Of a DNA stretch of 64,000 nucleotides, positions 1 to 12,116 are shown piece by piece. Numbering within the stretch: the first letter of the stretch is position 1; each line of letters opens with the position of its first letter. This DNA is from Felis catus (taxonomy: Eukaryota): assembly GCF_018350175.1 (NCBI RefSeq), contig NC_058382.1, positions 15,004,001 through 15,068,000 of the forward strand. The letters run 5' to 3'. The notes below the pieces were generated by a model. The model saw only the letters and a list, made by a program, of their open reading frames with translations. It did not search any database and was not told the DNA's origin. The translations under genes were made by a program, and so were the position numbers.

Positions 1-199
1 ATCCGACCTCGGCTCACATAATGATCTTGCGGTTGGTGAGTTCGAGCCCCGCGTCAGGCTCTGTGCTGACGGCTCAGAGCCTGGAGCCTGTTTGGGATTC
101 TGTGTCTCCCTCTCTCTGTCCCTCCCCCGCTCACGCTCTGTCCCTGTCTCTCTCTCTCTCTCAAAATTAAATAAAACATTAAAAAACATTAATAAACAA
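1..199 (+). mobile_element. Can-SINE (SINEC), cut by window start
   Basis: GTTCGAGCCCC B-box, (CT)n, AATAAA tail. Confidence 0.9.
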
Positions 200-259
200 A
201 TAAATAAAATACAAATTATAACCATGTACATACCTCTGGATCTGGTGGTTCTATTTCTA

Positions 260-690
260 GAAATGTACACTGTTTGATATAGTAGAATTGATCATAAAGA
301 TATTGGATGACACACACTGGGTTTGGTAGCACTGTTTGTAATAATGAAATATTGGAAACGCCCTATATTTCTGTCAATAAGGGACAAGAGAAAAATATCA
401 GGTACATCCATGCAATGGAGATCTATGTGGCTGTTACCAAAAACAAAAAAAAGAAGCTCTCTACACAGTGATATTGAAAGACCACGAAACTGTTCAATGA
501 TAAATGCCAAGTGTCGGAGTATACGGTATGTTGTTGTTTGTTTACAGGGTGTGTATGTGAAATTCCTTGTATATGTATAGAAAAAAATCTCTGCATGAGA
601 ATCTCAGCATCCAGGGGAAAACTGGGGGTAGCTGAGGGCAGTGGCAGAAGAGAAATTAGCACTGGAAACCTCTTTAATACATTTCAAATT
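260..690 (+). mobile_element. Old L1 (L1M/ME) 3' fragment
   Basis: GCACTGTTTGTAATAATGAAATATTGGAAAC-type L1 3' text. Confidence 0.6.
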
Positions 691-984
691 TTATACAACG
701 CAAATATATCATCCTGGTCAAAACGAATACTACGAGAAGCTTAAAAACACTGGAGCTGAACAAAACCTACTCGCAGGCCTGATGCCCCCAGAGCCGCCCG
801 TCTGTGACTCCCGCCTTGTCCATTTCGACCCTCACCCACAAGGGCACTGACCACACGGTGAGACCACGAAGTGACCCCCTCGGATCACTCAGTAATCAGA
901 TGCTTAACACACCCTCATTTGTATCAAGTAAGTGCATAAAAAGGGAAATCAACCGACAGTGGCGATGGGCTGGGGCTTGAAAGC

Positions 985-1365
985 TGTATTCATTTCCCGC
1001 AGCCTCTGCAAGAAATCGCCAATAGCTTTAGTGGCTTAAAACTACGAAATTTCTTCTTGTACATTTCCGGGGGTTGGAAGTCCGACACCACTTCCACCGG
1101 GCTAAAGTCAAGGCGTTGGCGGGGCTGGTCCCTTCCGGAGGCACTGGGTGGAGAGCCGCGTCTTTGCCTTTTCCAGCTTCTAGAGGCCACCTTCACTCCT
1201 GGGCTTTACTCCCAGCCGGGTAACCCAGGGCCACCTCCCCATCTCAGGATCCTCAGCTCAATCACATCTGCAAAATCCCTTGTGCCTGGAAGGTGACGTT
1301 CACAAGTCCCAAGGACTAGGGCATGATTAGGTCTTTAGGGGGTCATTATTCGGCCCCACGGACAC
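985..1365. mobile_element. MaLR LTR (MLT1A-D-like)
   Basis: TGTATT start; GTGGCTTAAAAC..GGAAGTCC..ATCACATCTGCAAA..CA end resemble recalled MLT1. Confidence 0.75.
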
Positions 1366-2190
1366 CATCCACACACGAGAGATCCTAACACATTCCTGGT
1401 AGACAGATCAGGTAGAGGCTTGGGGACACGAATGGCGTGAGGAGGTCACTGCATTCAGGAAAGGGCTGCAGGGGAGAGGGAGCCCAGCGCCACCAGGGTA
1501 ATAGAGAGCAGACGAGAGTGAGAAAACGTAGCCAAGACAGACAGGCTCAGATGATAGTCTGTCCATGCTTTCTGTACCCCGTCTTGCCCCCTTCTACCCG
1601 ACTACCAACATTCACATGCAGGGAAAGCAGAGCCAGAGGGCGGTTCCCCAAAGAGGTCCAGCTCTCTGACAGCCCGAGATGCTAACTAGGGTGGGTGCTG
1701 GCTTCTGAAAAAAGCCGGTCCTATTCTGGTGCTCGTGGAGGGTGGGAGGGGCAACCAAAAGTGGGGCTCCTGGCCTCTCGCCCCCACATGTGGGGCCAGC
1801 CCGAACGCAAGGCCCACACGCAGACACAAAGCTTCCATTCATGCTCCAACTCAGGGCAGAGGCCTGGAGGGAAACGGGCCAGCATTTATAGCAGGAAACA
1901 CCCCCCCCCCCCATCACCTACAGACGCTAGCCTTGTCCCTCTTCTGAGATTGACAAGGAACAAGCAAGCCTCACCAGACAGGATCCAGTCAGGGTGCATA
2001 CACCGTGTTCGGGTGATGTCTCTCTGGTGTCTTTTTTGGTTTGTCATGTTGACTTTTTTGAAAAGTACGGACCAGTTACCTGGTATATATTCCCCGTTTT
2101 CCATGTCTGGTTGTTTCCTTGTTATTAAATGCAGGGTTAACTTACTATTTTTTTTTTCCACAAGAATTCTGCATGGATAATTTTGTGTGC

Positions 2191-2418
2191 TTTTTTTTTT
2201 TTCTAAGTTTATTTGTTTATTTTTTGCGGGGGGGGGGGGGGTGCTCAAGCAGGGGAGGGGCAGAGAGAGAGAGAGAGAGGGAGAGAAAGAATCCCAAGCA
2301 GTCTCTGAGCTGTCAGTGCAGTGCCTGACAAAGGCCTGGAACCCACAAACCGTGAGATCATGACCTGAGCCAAAATCAAGAGTGGAAAGCTTAAGTGACT
2401 GAGCCCCCTGGGAGCCCC
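2191..2418 (-). mobile_element. Can-SINE
   Basis: Antisense body; TSD AATTTTGTGT(G/A)C. Confidence 0.88.
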
Positions 2419-2465
2419 AATTTTGTGTACTTCCTATAGCGCCACATCAAGAGATACTTGATGTC

Positions 2466-2722
2466 GGGGCGCCTGGGGGGGTCAGTCGGTTAAGCGTCTG
2501 ACTTCGGCTCAGGTCGGCTCAGGTCATGATCTCGACTTTGGCTCAGGTCATGATCTAGAGGTTCATGAGTTCGAGCTCCTCGTTGGGCTCTGGGCTGACG
2601 GCTCAGAGCCTGGAGCCTGCTTCGGAATCTGTGTCTCCCTCTCTCTCTGCCCCTCCCTGCTCATGCTCTGTCTCTCTCTCTTTCTCAAAAATAAATAAGC
2701 ATTTAAAAAATGAAAAACCAAA
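2466..2722 (+). mobile_element. Can-SINE with internal duplication
   Basis: 17-bp TSD AAGAGATACTTGATGTC at 2449-2465 and 2723-2739. Confidence 0.92.
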
Positions 2723-4099
2723 AAGAGATACTTGATGTCTTACTGTCCCACTGTTGCAGATTTGTCTGATCATTTGGTTGAGGGTGGGCAGGTACATTTT
2801 CCCCCTTTGTAGTGCATAAGTCATCTGTTGGGTAATAATTCTGGACTGTTCTGCAACATTTTACCAATGATTTTTAGCATCCTTTGATGATCCTTTTACT
2901 GGGGACCCTCTGTGTTTTTTCTAATTTATCTGTAATAAACCGCATTCTTTGTTGAAATAAACTGTGCAGTGCCTGTGAACTTGCACAATCTATGTAGTCT
3001 GTACCTGGTTCACAGTAGGTGCTTAATAATGGTATCCATGTAAAAACTCACCACCACAATCTCTTATGCACAAACGAACCTTCTTCAGGAATTGGGCCCC
3101 CAAACTCTTCAAGCAGGAAGACGTGACTAAACTGACAACAGGTTATTTACAACTTCTATTCCACTTAGTGTGTCTTCCCCTCTCTATACGCTTTGAAACA
3201 GAAGTATCACGTGACGTGGAGCACCCACCAGCCCCTGCGGGGAATACCGCAGAACCCCGGATATGGTATAATCGTTAAAAAAAAAAAAAAAAAGTCCGGA
3301 CTCCAACCATAGCCTAAGCCCTTTAAGTAAGGGACCGTGTGTGGATCGATACTAAAAGTGTTTGAGTACAGTAGAAATGCTTGGTGAGGCGGTTGGTACA
3401 ATAAGAGGTCACATTTATTGAGCGCTACACGCGCAGGATCCGCGCCATCCTCACGATGGCGCTGTGGTGCCTCGCTGAGGCTTCTAGCAGAGGGGGCCTG
3501 GGGAACCCAAGCTCCAACCCTTGCCTGTTATGTGACCCCCAAACAAGGGACTTGCAACGCGTGCATAGACCACCTAACTCTGGGCCTCAGTTTCTCACGA
3601 GGGGCGTCTTTGGGGTCATGCATATAAAGCTTTTAGCACAGTGCTTGCTGTGAGCCAGCTCTGGGGGAACTGGGACCAGCAATGGTTTGCTAGCGGGAGG
3701 AAGGCCTGGCGTTCCGAAGTCTGGCTCTAGGATGTCTCAGGTCAGTCATTTGAGGTCCCTTGGGCGATCTAGGGCGATCGGAAGGAAAGTGACTGCCCAG
3801 GAGGTCAAGAGAGAAATGGGTCGTGGTCCCATCCTTGCTGCTACTGAACCTCGGATGTTTCAGTGGTTTTCAGGGAAGGGGGCAGGTTTCCAAAGTGGGG
3901 GGCACGCGGGCTGTCGTGGCCGCAGAGAAGTACGCGTGGCAGAGAGGTCCTCCTCAAGCACAAGCCGGGCTTCTGAGACTCTACGCTGGGGACGCAGTGT
4001 AAATGCGAGAGAATCCCTGGGGATAGGAACTTGATCCAATGTTTCAAAACCAGGCCCAGGGTCGGAGTCACAGCTAAGCCATTTACAGCACTGGCCAGA

Positions 4100-5000
4100 T
4101 GGCGGGAGAGACGTTTTGAATGGCGGAGGCGGCTGTAGGCAAGGAGGCCGGAACGAGGAGGCAACAAGATTTGGGGGGGAGGAAGCAGCTGGAACCATTC
4201 CCGCGACGGAGGCTCTTGGGGAGGTGGACCTCGCTGGGAGGAGGTGGCTGGGGGGGTGGGGGGGGGACCGGGACCTGGTATCAGATCGCCGGGCGCTTGG
4301 CAGCAGGGACGCGCGTGGTGTGGGGAGGGGGGTGGACGGGGAGTGTAAGCTCTCCAAGGGGCGGGCCCCCGGGTCCCCGAGCGCGGGGGCTGCGCGTCCT
4401 CCCCGCCCCGCCAGGCGGCAGCTGGGCCCTCCCCCGGCGCCTGCAGCCTCCCGGATCCCGCCCCTGCCTCGCTCCCGCCCGCCGCAGCCGCCCGCCCGCG
4501 GATCCCGGAGCCGCCGGCCCCCGCAGAGGACCGACTGCCCAGACTGCGGGTCCCGGGGCTCCCTGGGCGGGGCCGATCCCAGGGAGCCCCCCTGACTGCC
4601 TCCCAGAGCAGGGTGGGGAAAGGGATCTTAGCCCGCCGCCGCCTCCGAGCGGGCCGCCAGGTGAGCGTCGGGACAGGTAGGGACGCAGGTCGGGACGGGT
4701 GTCCCGTCCCCACTCGCCCCCGGGGCGCCCGGGGAAGGACTAACGCCCCCAGGCCCTCGCCGAGGGGCGGGTCCCCCCGGAGTCCTTGTTCCCCAGCGCC
4801 CCTTCTCCTGCCCTGCCCGGGTCCTAGGCTGTCCCAGCCAACTTCCGCCCCTTTAAGTCCAGAGTCGCACGGACGCACGTTTGAAAGCCCCAGGTCGTGC
4901 GGAAAGGGCTTAAAACGGGTCCTCTGACGCCCACGCCTTCCACCCGGCTGCTCCCGGGCAGAGGCCACGGTGGAAGGAACTCCCCCTCCCCCCAAAACGT
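4100..5000. promoter_or_regulatory. CpG island / FBXO17 promoter with GC boxes
   Basis: Very high CpG density; GC boxes at 4358-4366, 4401-4409, 4565-4572. Confidence 0.75.
4580..4660 (+). other. FBXO17: Probable non-coding exon 1 of FBXO17 (5' boundary approximate)
   Basis: Strong donor CAG|GTGAGC at 4660/4661 inside CpG island; coding exon at 25981 starts with an acceptor (CCCGCAG|) and needs an upstream exon. Confidence 0.6.
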
Positions 5001-5324
5001 ACCCGACCAACACGTGTACTCCGCAGCCGGCGAGAGGCCAGACCCCTTTTACCAGCTCTGGTTTCTTCTGGCTGGCAGCCCCTTCGCCAAATCGGTGAAT
5101 CAGAAGGCTCAGAGCCCCGTTTCTCGATTTAGCAACTTGGGCACAGTTTGTTTTTAGCTGCGGCCGCTCCTCCCGATTTAAATTTTGTTCTTCTGAGTTA
5201 ACTTTTGCAGCGTTCAGTAATATTTCTTAACGCTCCATATCTTGTTCTTTCAGTCTGGATCCTTCAAGTTTAGAGAGCATCTGTTAACTAGCAATTTTGA
5301 AAGGCTGCAATATTAGGCACCTAC

Positions 5325-5555
5325 TTTTTTTTTTTTTTTTAATTTTTTTTTTCAACGTTTATTTATTTTTGGGACAGAGAGAGACAGAGCATGAACGGGG
5401 GAGGGGCAGAGAGAGAGGGAGACACAGAATCGGAAACAGGCTCCAGGCTCCGAGCCATCAGCCCAGAGCCCGACGCGGGGCTCGAACTCACGGACCGCGA
5501 GATCGTGACCTGGCTGAAGTCGGACGCTCAACCGACTGCGCCACCCAGGCGCCCC
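5325..5555 (-). mobile_element. Young SINEC_Fc
   Basis: CpG-rich, GGCGCAGTCGG head, perfect TSD TAGGCACCTACTTTT. Confidence 0.95.
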
Positions 5556-5849
5556 TAGGCACCTACTTTTAAAATAAATACTTTTTTAAAGTGCCCCAGG
5601 ACCGCCCAAGAACAAAAGACAAATGAGGCAGACGAAGCTTTGCAGCAAAAGCAGCCCCTTAAGCAACAGACCCCGGCCCCACGGCCAGTTAAAATTATTT
5701 GTAATTAATCGCACATTGCTCGCAGTTTCCCTATTGGCTGCTTTCATGACGTCAAAAAAAGTGTTTTAAACGTCTTTCTTGTTCTATGAAATATTGATAG
5801 GATCTGTTTGACTCCCCATTTTGTGAGGCCTGGCTGATGAATCTATTTT

Positions 5850-6064
5850 AATAATTTTTTTTTTCTTTTAATGTTAGAGAGAGCGCGAGCAGGGGAGAGG
5901 GTCAGAGGGAGAGAGACAGAATCTTAAGCAGGCTCCGGGCTTACATAGGGCCCTGGGATCCTGACCTGAGCCGAAATCAAGAGTCCAGGGTTCAACCACC
6001 CAGGCGCTCCTTCTTTAATAATATTTTGTAAGTTTATTTATTCATTTGAGAGAGAGAGAGAGAG

Positions 6065-6097
<33 letters not shown>

Positions 6098-7045
6098 GCA
6101 CGCGCGCAAATGGGGGAGGGGCAGAGAGAGGGAGAGAGAACCCCAAACAGTCTCTGCACTGTCAGCGCAGAGCCCCACGCAGGGCTCAATTTCACCATCA
6201 GTGAAATCATGACCCGAGCCAATACCAAGAGCCCGGTGCTCAACCCACTGAGCCACCCAGGCGCCCCAATATTTTTTAATAAAGTTTTTTGTATTTATTT
6301 AAATACGAATTTTTTCATCCAATCAAGTTATAGATGTGATTCACAAATCAAGTAGAAATGAGTCTGCCTTTTTATTTCCTATATATATAAAAGCAATATC
6401 TTTAAGAGCACGGAAAGGGAGAAGCAGTGTTTGATCTTTTTTATTTTATTTGGGGGGGGCAGTATTTTATCTTTTACTTTTTAAAATATTTTTTAAGTTT
6501 ATTAATTTATTTTGAGAGAGAGAGAGAGAGAGAGCAGGGGAGGGGCAGAGAGAGAGGGATAGAGAGAATCCCAAGCAGGCTCCGCACCATTAGCATGGAG
6601 CCCGATGTGGGGCTCAAACCCACAAACCACGAGATGGTGACCTGAGCTGAGACCAAGAGTCAGGTTCAAAGCCTGGCTCTGCGGCTTTTGTGTCAGGTGA
6701 CCTTGGGTCCGTGGCTCCCCTTCTCCAAGGCTCAGTTTTCCCGGCTGAAAAATTGGTACCTCCCTCCTGGAGCTGTTCGTGAGGCTTCTGTGAGATTCGA
6801 TAAAGCCCTCGCCACGTGCCGAGAGCAGTTACTGTGCGGTTAACCGTAGCTGGTAGTTTATGAAGGCCTTTTCTTTCTTTTTTTATTTTCTTGTTTCTTT
6901 TTTTAAATGTTTATTTTTGAGAGAGTGTGAGCAGGGGAGGGGCAGAGAGAGCGAGCTGGGGACAGAGGATACGAAGCAGGCTCAGCTCTATTAGAGCAGA
7001 GCCCGATGCGGGGCTGGAACTCACCACCCGTGAGATCGTGACCAA
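5850..7045 (-). mobile_element. Cluster of four antisense Can-SINEs plus a MIR (~6665-6860)
   Basis: SINE bodies at ~5850-6010, 6022-6267, 6470-6662, 6880-7045. Confidence 0.85.
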
Positions 7046-7796
7046 TGCGTGACATACTCACCGGGATAGTCAAATCTCACACCAGTGTGACTCAGCCCTG
7101 CCACCAAATGGGTCTGGGAAAGACTTCCAAAAGGTTTTCCAGGCTTTTGGATTTGGGGACTGGGGAGAGGAGATGGGGACCTGCACATTTCTCATTTTAC
7201 GGAGAGGAAAATCCACTCAGAGAGGGAAGCCCGTTCCCCCAAGGTCATGAACAAGAGTTTGGGGTGGGGCTGGCCCAGGAGTGACTGACCATATAGAACC
7301 TGCGACACTCACCTTCCCCACAATGCCACTTTCTCTGCGGGCTGTCACCAGCAATTTCCGAAAGCAATGTCCCTTACTAGCCCGGTGATGCCTCCTCGCC
7401 CAGAAATATCACTGCTGCCTCCTGGGAATGAGATGATGCACAGAAAGAATTTTCCAGAGTGCCTTACCCAAGGAAAGCACTTGGCAAATGTGAATTATAA
7501 TTTGCGCAAAGATGCAGTGAGACTGTTTCCTTCCTGGGTTCAATAACATCAGTGGTGTTTATTGATAGCATTAATATTTTTTAAATGGTGAATTATAACA
7601 TCCATACAGAGAAGTATATAAAACAGATGAACAGTTTAACAAATAATTGTAAAATATGGAACCAGGGCCTAGGTCAGCAGTAAGAACATCGTCAGCCCCC
7701 AGAAGCTTCCCTGTGGGCACCTGGTTAATAGCCCTCTCCCTCCCCACAGGGGAAACCAGCGCCCTGACTTTTACGATACTCACGTTCCTATTTTGC

Positions 7797-7991
7797 TGTT
7801 TTTATTTTTTTTTTGTTTTTTTGTTTATTTTTTTTATTTTTGAGAGAGAGAGACACACACAGAATCCGAAGCAGGCTCCAGGCTCTGAGCTGTCAGCACA
7901 CAGCCCGACTCGGGGCTTGAACTCGCGAACCGTGCGATCATGACCTGAGCCGAAGCCGGACGCTCAACCGGCGGAGCCACCCAGGCGCCCC
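7797..7991 (-). mobile_element. Can-SINE inserted in an old L1 fragment
   Basis: Antisense SINE body; TSD-like CCTATTTTG on both sides. Confidence 0.85.
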
Positions 7992-8440
7992 TATTTTGTT
8001 CTTCTTTATATGGTTTTAGTACCCACGTGTGGATATTAGCGACACTTTATTAGTTTAGCCTGTTTGCGAACTTTCTAAGAGTAGCACCACGGGTGGGAGT
8101 ATATAGTTTATCATCCAAGCAGGAAACTTTAGAAGTAGTGGAGGTCTGGAATTACCCGAATTACCCTGGGGACCTTATGTGTCGTAGACCAGGGCTGCCC
8201 CGCGGAATTCAAGCTGCCCGGGTGTCCCAGGACTCAACGTTCTAGGTGCCTTGCCGCCGTTCTGTGACCACCTTAATTTACTCCTACATCCTCCAGTGGA
8301 TGGATGGGTCATTTCCAGACCGGAGCTGTTAGAGACAATTGTGTCATGAACATTCTAGTGTGTGTTTCCCGGCTCTGGGGTCAAATGGCTGGGTCCTGGG
8401 GCAGGCACACATTTTCAACTTCAGTAAAAAATGCCCATCT

Positions 8441-8720
8441 AGGGCGCCTAGGTGGCTCAGCCGGTCGAGCGTCCTACTCTTGATTTCGGCTCGGGTCATG
8501 ATCTCGAGGTTTGTGAGTTCGAACTCCACCATCGGGCTCTGCGCTGACAGTGTGGAGTCTGCTTTAGGGGCACCTGCGCGGTTCAGTTGGTTTTGGCTCA
8601 GGTGGGGTGGAGCCCTGTGGCAGGCGGAGCCTGCTTGGGATTCTCTCTTCCTCTCTCTCTGCCCCTCCCCTGCTCCCCCTTGCGCGCTCTCTCTCAAAAT
8701 AAATAAATATTGAAAAAAAC
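8441..8720 (+). mobile_element. Can-SINE with an internal second head fragment
   Basis: GGGGCACCTG..GGCTCAGG restart at ~8565-8600. Confidence 0.8.
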
Positions 8721-8744
8721 CTCATAAGAAAATAATTGTACTTT

Positions 8745-9267
8745 TTAAAGATTATTCGCTATTGACCTTTGTAACTTCAAATGTTATGCTTCACTTCTTT
8801 TTCTGATTCTGGCAACTTCTGAGTCCCGTGACGTGAAGCCGGTGAGCCAAGCATCTTGGTTTCCCCTCCTCCCGCCTTGGTTTCCCATCTTTTGTTACTT
8901 GTACATTTATTTTCACAGTGTCAAGGTTGATAACATCTACAGTCTGTTCTGTTACCATATTTAAGTCTTAGATGCTTTCACTGTAGAGTTTCCAGGGTTT
9001 TCCTGACAGCTTCAGTGAGGTGTAATTTACATACCATAAAAGTCAGCCCTCTAAAGTGTGCAGTTCAGGGATTTTTTAGTGAATTTACAGAGTCGTGCAG
9101 CTATCACCAGTTTTAGAGCATTTCTGTCACCTCCAAAATATCCCCCGTGCCTATTTGTGGTCACTTCCCCGTTCCCCAGCCCAGCCCCAGGCAACGACTA
9201 ATCTTTCTGTAACTTTAGATATGTCCTTTGGGGACATTTCATGTAAATATATCATACAGTATGTGGG

Positions 9268-9308
<41 letters not shown>

Positions 9309-10345
9309 TGGCTTTTTTCACTTAGCATGCTGTTTGGGGGTTCATTCATATCGTAGTGTGTACCCATTCTTGGTTCTTTGTGCTGCCGATCAGTGTGCTG
9401 TTGTGCGGATAGACCACGTTTCGTTTATCCATTCACCAGCGGACGGACGTTCGGATCGTTTCCAAATAGATAATGTTGCTGTGAACGTTTGCAATCAAGC
9501 CTGTGCGTGGACACGTGTTTTTACGTCTCGTGGGCAGGTAGCCTCGTGATAGAATTGCTGTGTTTCGTGGAAAGTTTATGCTGAGCTGTTTTTGTTAATG
9601 TTCACCTTTCAAAGAAACTGCCTGTTTTCCCAAGTGGCTGTCCCATTTCACGTTCCCATCAGCAACATGCGGGGGTTCCAGAAACTGCCTGTTTTCCCAA
9701 GTGGCTGTCCCATTTCACGTTCCCATCAGCAACATGCGGGGGTTCCAGTTTCTCCGGGTACTGGCCAATCTTTTGAACAGTAGCCATTCCGGTGGGCCTG
9801 ACGTGGTGTCTCATCGTGATTTTAATTTGGAGTTCCTTAATGACTAATGATGTTGAGCATCTTTTCATGTGCTCGTTAGTCATACACATATCGTCTTTGG
9901 TGAAATGTCTCCTCAAATTTTGTGTCTATTTTTAAAGTGGTTTGTTTGTCATACTGTTGAATTTTAAGTGTTCTTTATATATTCTGGATACGAGTCCTTT
10001 ATCAGATACACGATTTGCAGACATATTCTGCCAATCTATAGCTTGCCTTTTCATTTTCTCACTGGTGTCTTTTAAGTGCAAAAGTTTTAAATTTTGAAGA
10101 TGTTTAATTCATCCATTTTTTCCTTATACGAATCACACGTTTGGTGTCTTATCTACGAAGTCTTTGCTTGACCCAAGATCATTAGAGTTTTCTCCTATTT
10201 TCTTCTAAAAATTTTTATGGTTGTAACTCTTAAATTCAGGTGTATGGTTTATTTTGAGTTGATATTTGTGTGTGGTATGAGGTAAAGGCCTAACCTCATC
10301 TTTTTGCATGTAGATTTCTCATCACCGTTTGTTGAGAAGACAGCC
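8745..10345 (-). mobile_element. L1M (MB/MC-like) 3' region, antisense, containing (GT)n at 9270-9307
   Basis: Typical antisense L1 text (GTTGAGCATCTTTTCATGTG, TATATTCTGGATAC, TATGAGGTAAAGG). Confidence 0.85.
9614..9747. repeat. Perfect 67-bp tandem duplication
   Basis: 9614-9680 is identical to 9681-9747. Confidence 0.97.
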
Positions 10346-10369
10346 TTTATGCTAAGAGACCAGATCTTA

Positions 10370-10590
10370 TTCAATTTTTTTTTCAACGTTTATTTATTTT
10401 TGGGGGGGACAGAGAGAGACAGAGCATGAACGGGGGAGGGGCAGAGAGAGAGGGAGACACAGAATCGGAAACAGGCTCCAGGCTCTGAGCCATCAGCCCA
10501 GAGCCCGACGCGGGGCTCGAACTCCCGGACCGCGAGATCGTGACCTGGCTGAAGTCGGACGCTTAACCGACTGCGCCACCCAGGCGCCCC
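10370..10590 (-). mobile_element. Young SINEC_Fc in an L1 3' UTR fragment
   Basis: 17-bp TSD TAAGAGACCAGATCTTA at 10353-10369 and 10591-10607. Confidence 0.95.
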
Positions 10591-11019
10591 TAAGAGACCA
10601 GATCTTAAATGTTCTCACCACAAAAAAGAAACGATAATTAAGTGACATGATTGGAGGTGCTAGCTAATGCTAAAGTGGTAATCATCTTGCAATACATAAA
10701 TGTATCAAATCAACACATACACCTTAAATTTACACAATGTTATATGTGAGGTGTATATATATATTTATATGTATATACTCAGATATATATATACATATAC
10801 ATACATGTGTGTACATATATATATATATTTTTTTTTTTTTTTAAGAAGAATGTTCCTAGTTTAGTGAGAATGTCTCTAGCCTCCAGGTCAAATTGATTCT
10901 TTTTTCTTGCATATTGTCAAATTGACATAACATGGATACAGTTAGTGTATATATTTGGACCACAATTTTCTTAAGCAGTTTTTTGTTTTTCCTGCAGTTT
11001 GTCAGAGCTTTAATTTTTC

Positions 11020-11940
11020 CCTTTTTTTCTGAGTTTTTTTGTTTTTTGAGTGTATTTACTTATTCTGAGAGAGACAGAGTAGTGCAAACAAGGGAGGGGC
11101 AGACAGAGAGGGAGACAGAAAATCCCAAGCCGACTCTGCACTGCCCGTGCAGGGCCCAATGCAGGGCTCAAACCCATGAAACCACGAGATCGTAACCTGA
11201 GCCGAAACCAAGAGTCGGATGCTCAACAGACTGAGCCACCCAGGAGTCTCTAGGATTTTATATTTTTAAGTTTTTCTAAGCGATCTCTGCAAAAGAACGT
11301 GGAGCTCAAACTCAAAACCATGAGGTCAAGTCACATGCTCCACTGACTGAGCCAGCCGGGTGGCCCTTTAATTTTTCCCTTTTGAGAGAGGTATTTTCTG
11401 GGTTCTAACTCATCCAATCTACTTTTGGAGAATTTTTTTTCTTCTAGAAAACATTCTTCCTTTTATAATATCCTGTCCTTACTGTGTTTTGAGTAACTTC
11501 TCTAATCTAAACGTACCCAGGGCAAATGTACCAATTTGCAGGGCCCAGTGCAAAATGCGTGGATGGGCCCCTTGTTTAGAAAGGATTGAGAATTTCTGGG
11601 GCGCCTGGGTGGCTCAGTTGGTTAAGTGTCAGACTTCAGCTCAGGTCATGATGTCACAGTCTGTGAGTTCGAGCCCCACGTCTGGCTCTGTGCTGACAGC
11701 TCGGAGCCCGGAGCCTGCTTCGGATTCTGTGTCTCCCTCTCTCTCTGCCCCTCCCCCACTTGCGCTCTGTCTGTCTCTCAAAAATAAATAAACATTAAAA
11801 AAAAATTTTTTTTTAATCAAAGTAACTGGTATGATGGGGCCGGCTTGGTCGGTAGAGCACATGACTCTTGATCTCGGGGTCATGAATTCGAGCCCCACGT
11901 TGGGTGTAGAGATGACTTAAAAATAAAATCTTAAAAAATA
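11020..11940. mobile_element. Four Can-SINEs (two long, two short CT-less type)
   Basis: ~11020-11250 (-), 11255-11366 (-), 11597-11815 (+), 11836-11940 (+). Confidence 0.82.
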
Positions 11941-12116
11941 AGTAACTGTTTTGAAATTTGGGGCTGTTATAAATATAGTCCTGCTTTCCCACTGGCTTCT
12001 TAAGTCTAGTTGAAGGGATGACTGAGAACTGTGTTTGGGGACAGCACTTGGTGTTAGCAGGGAGAAGCCAGTCTTTGCTGGGAGCTCACTCCCAGAGGCT
12101 TCATGCAGTTTCTTTA

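Noticed and set aside
3277-3293. A17 tract as a retro-insertion
   Set aside because: No flanking TSD found, unlike 22022-22064.
3841-5013. 390-aa minus ORF and overlapping ORFs
   Set aside because: Low-complexity R/G/P/A products typical of a CpG island; no domain recognised.
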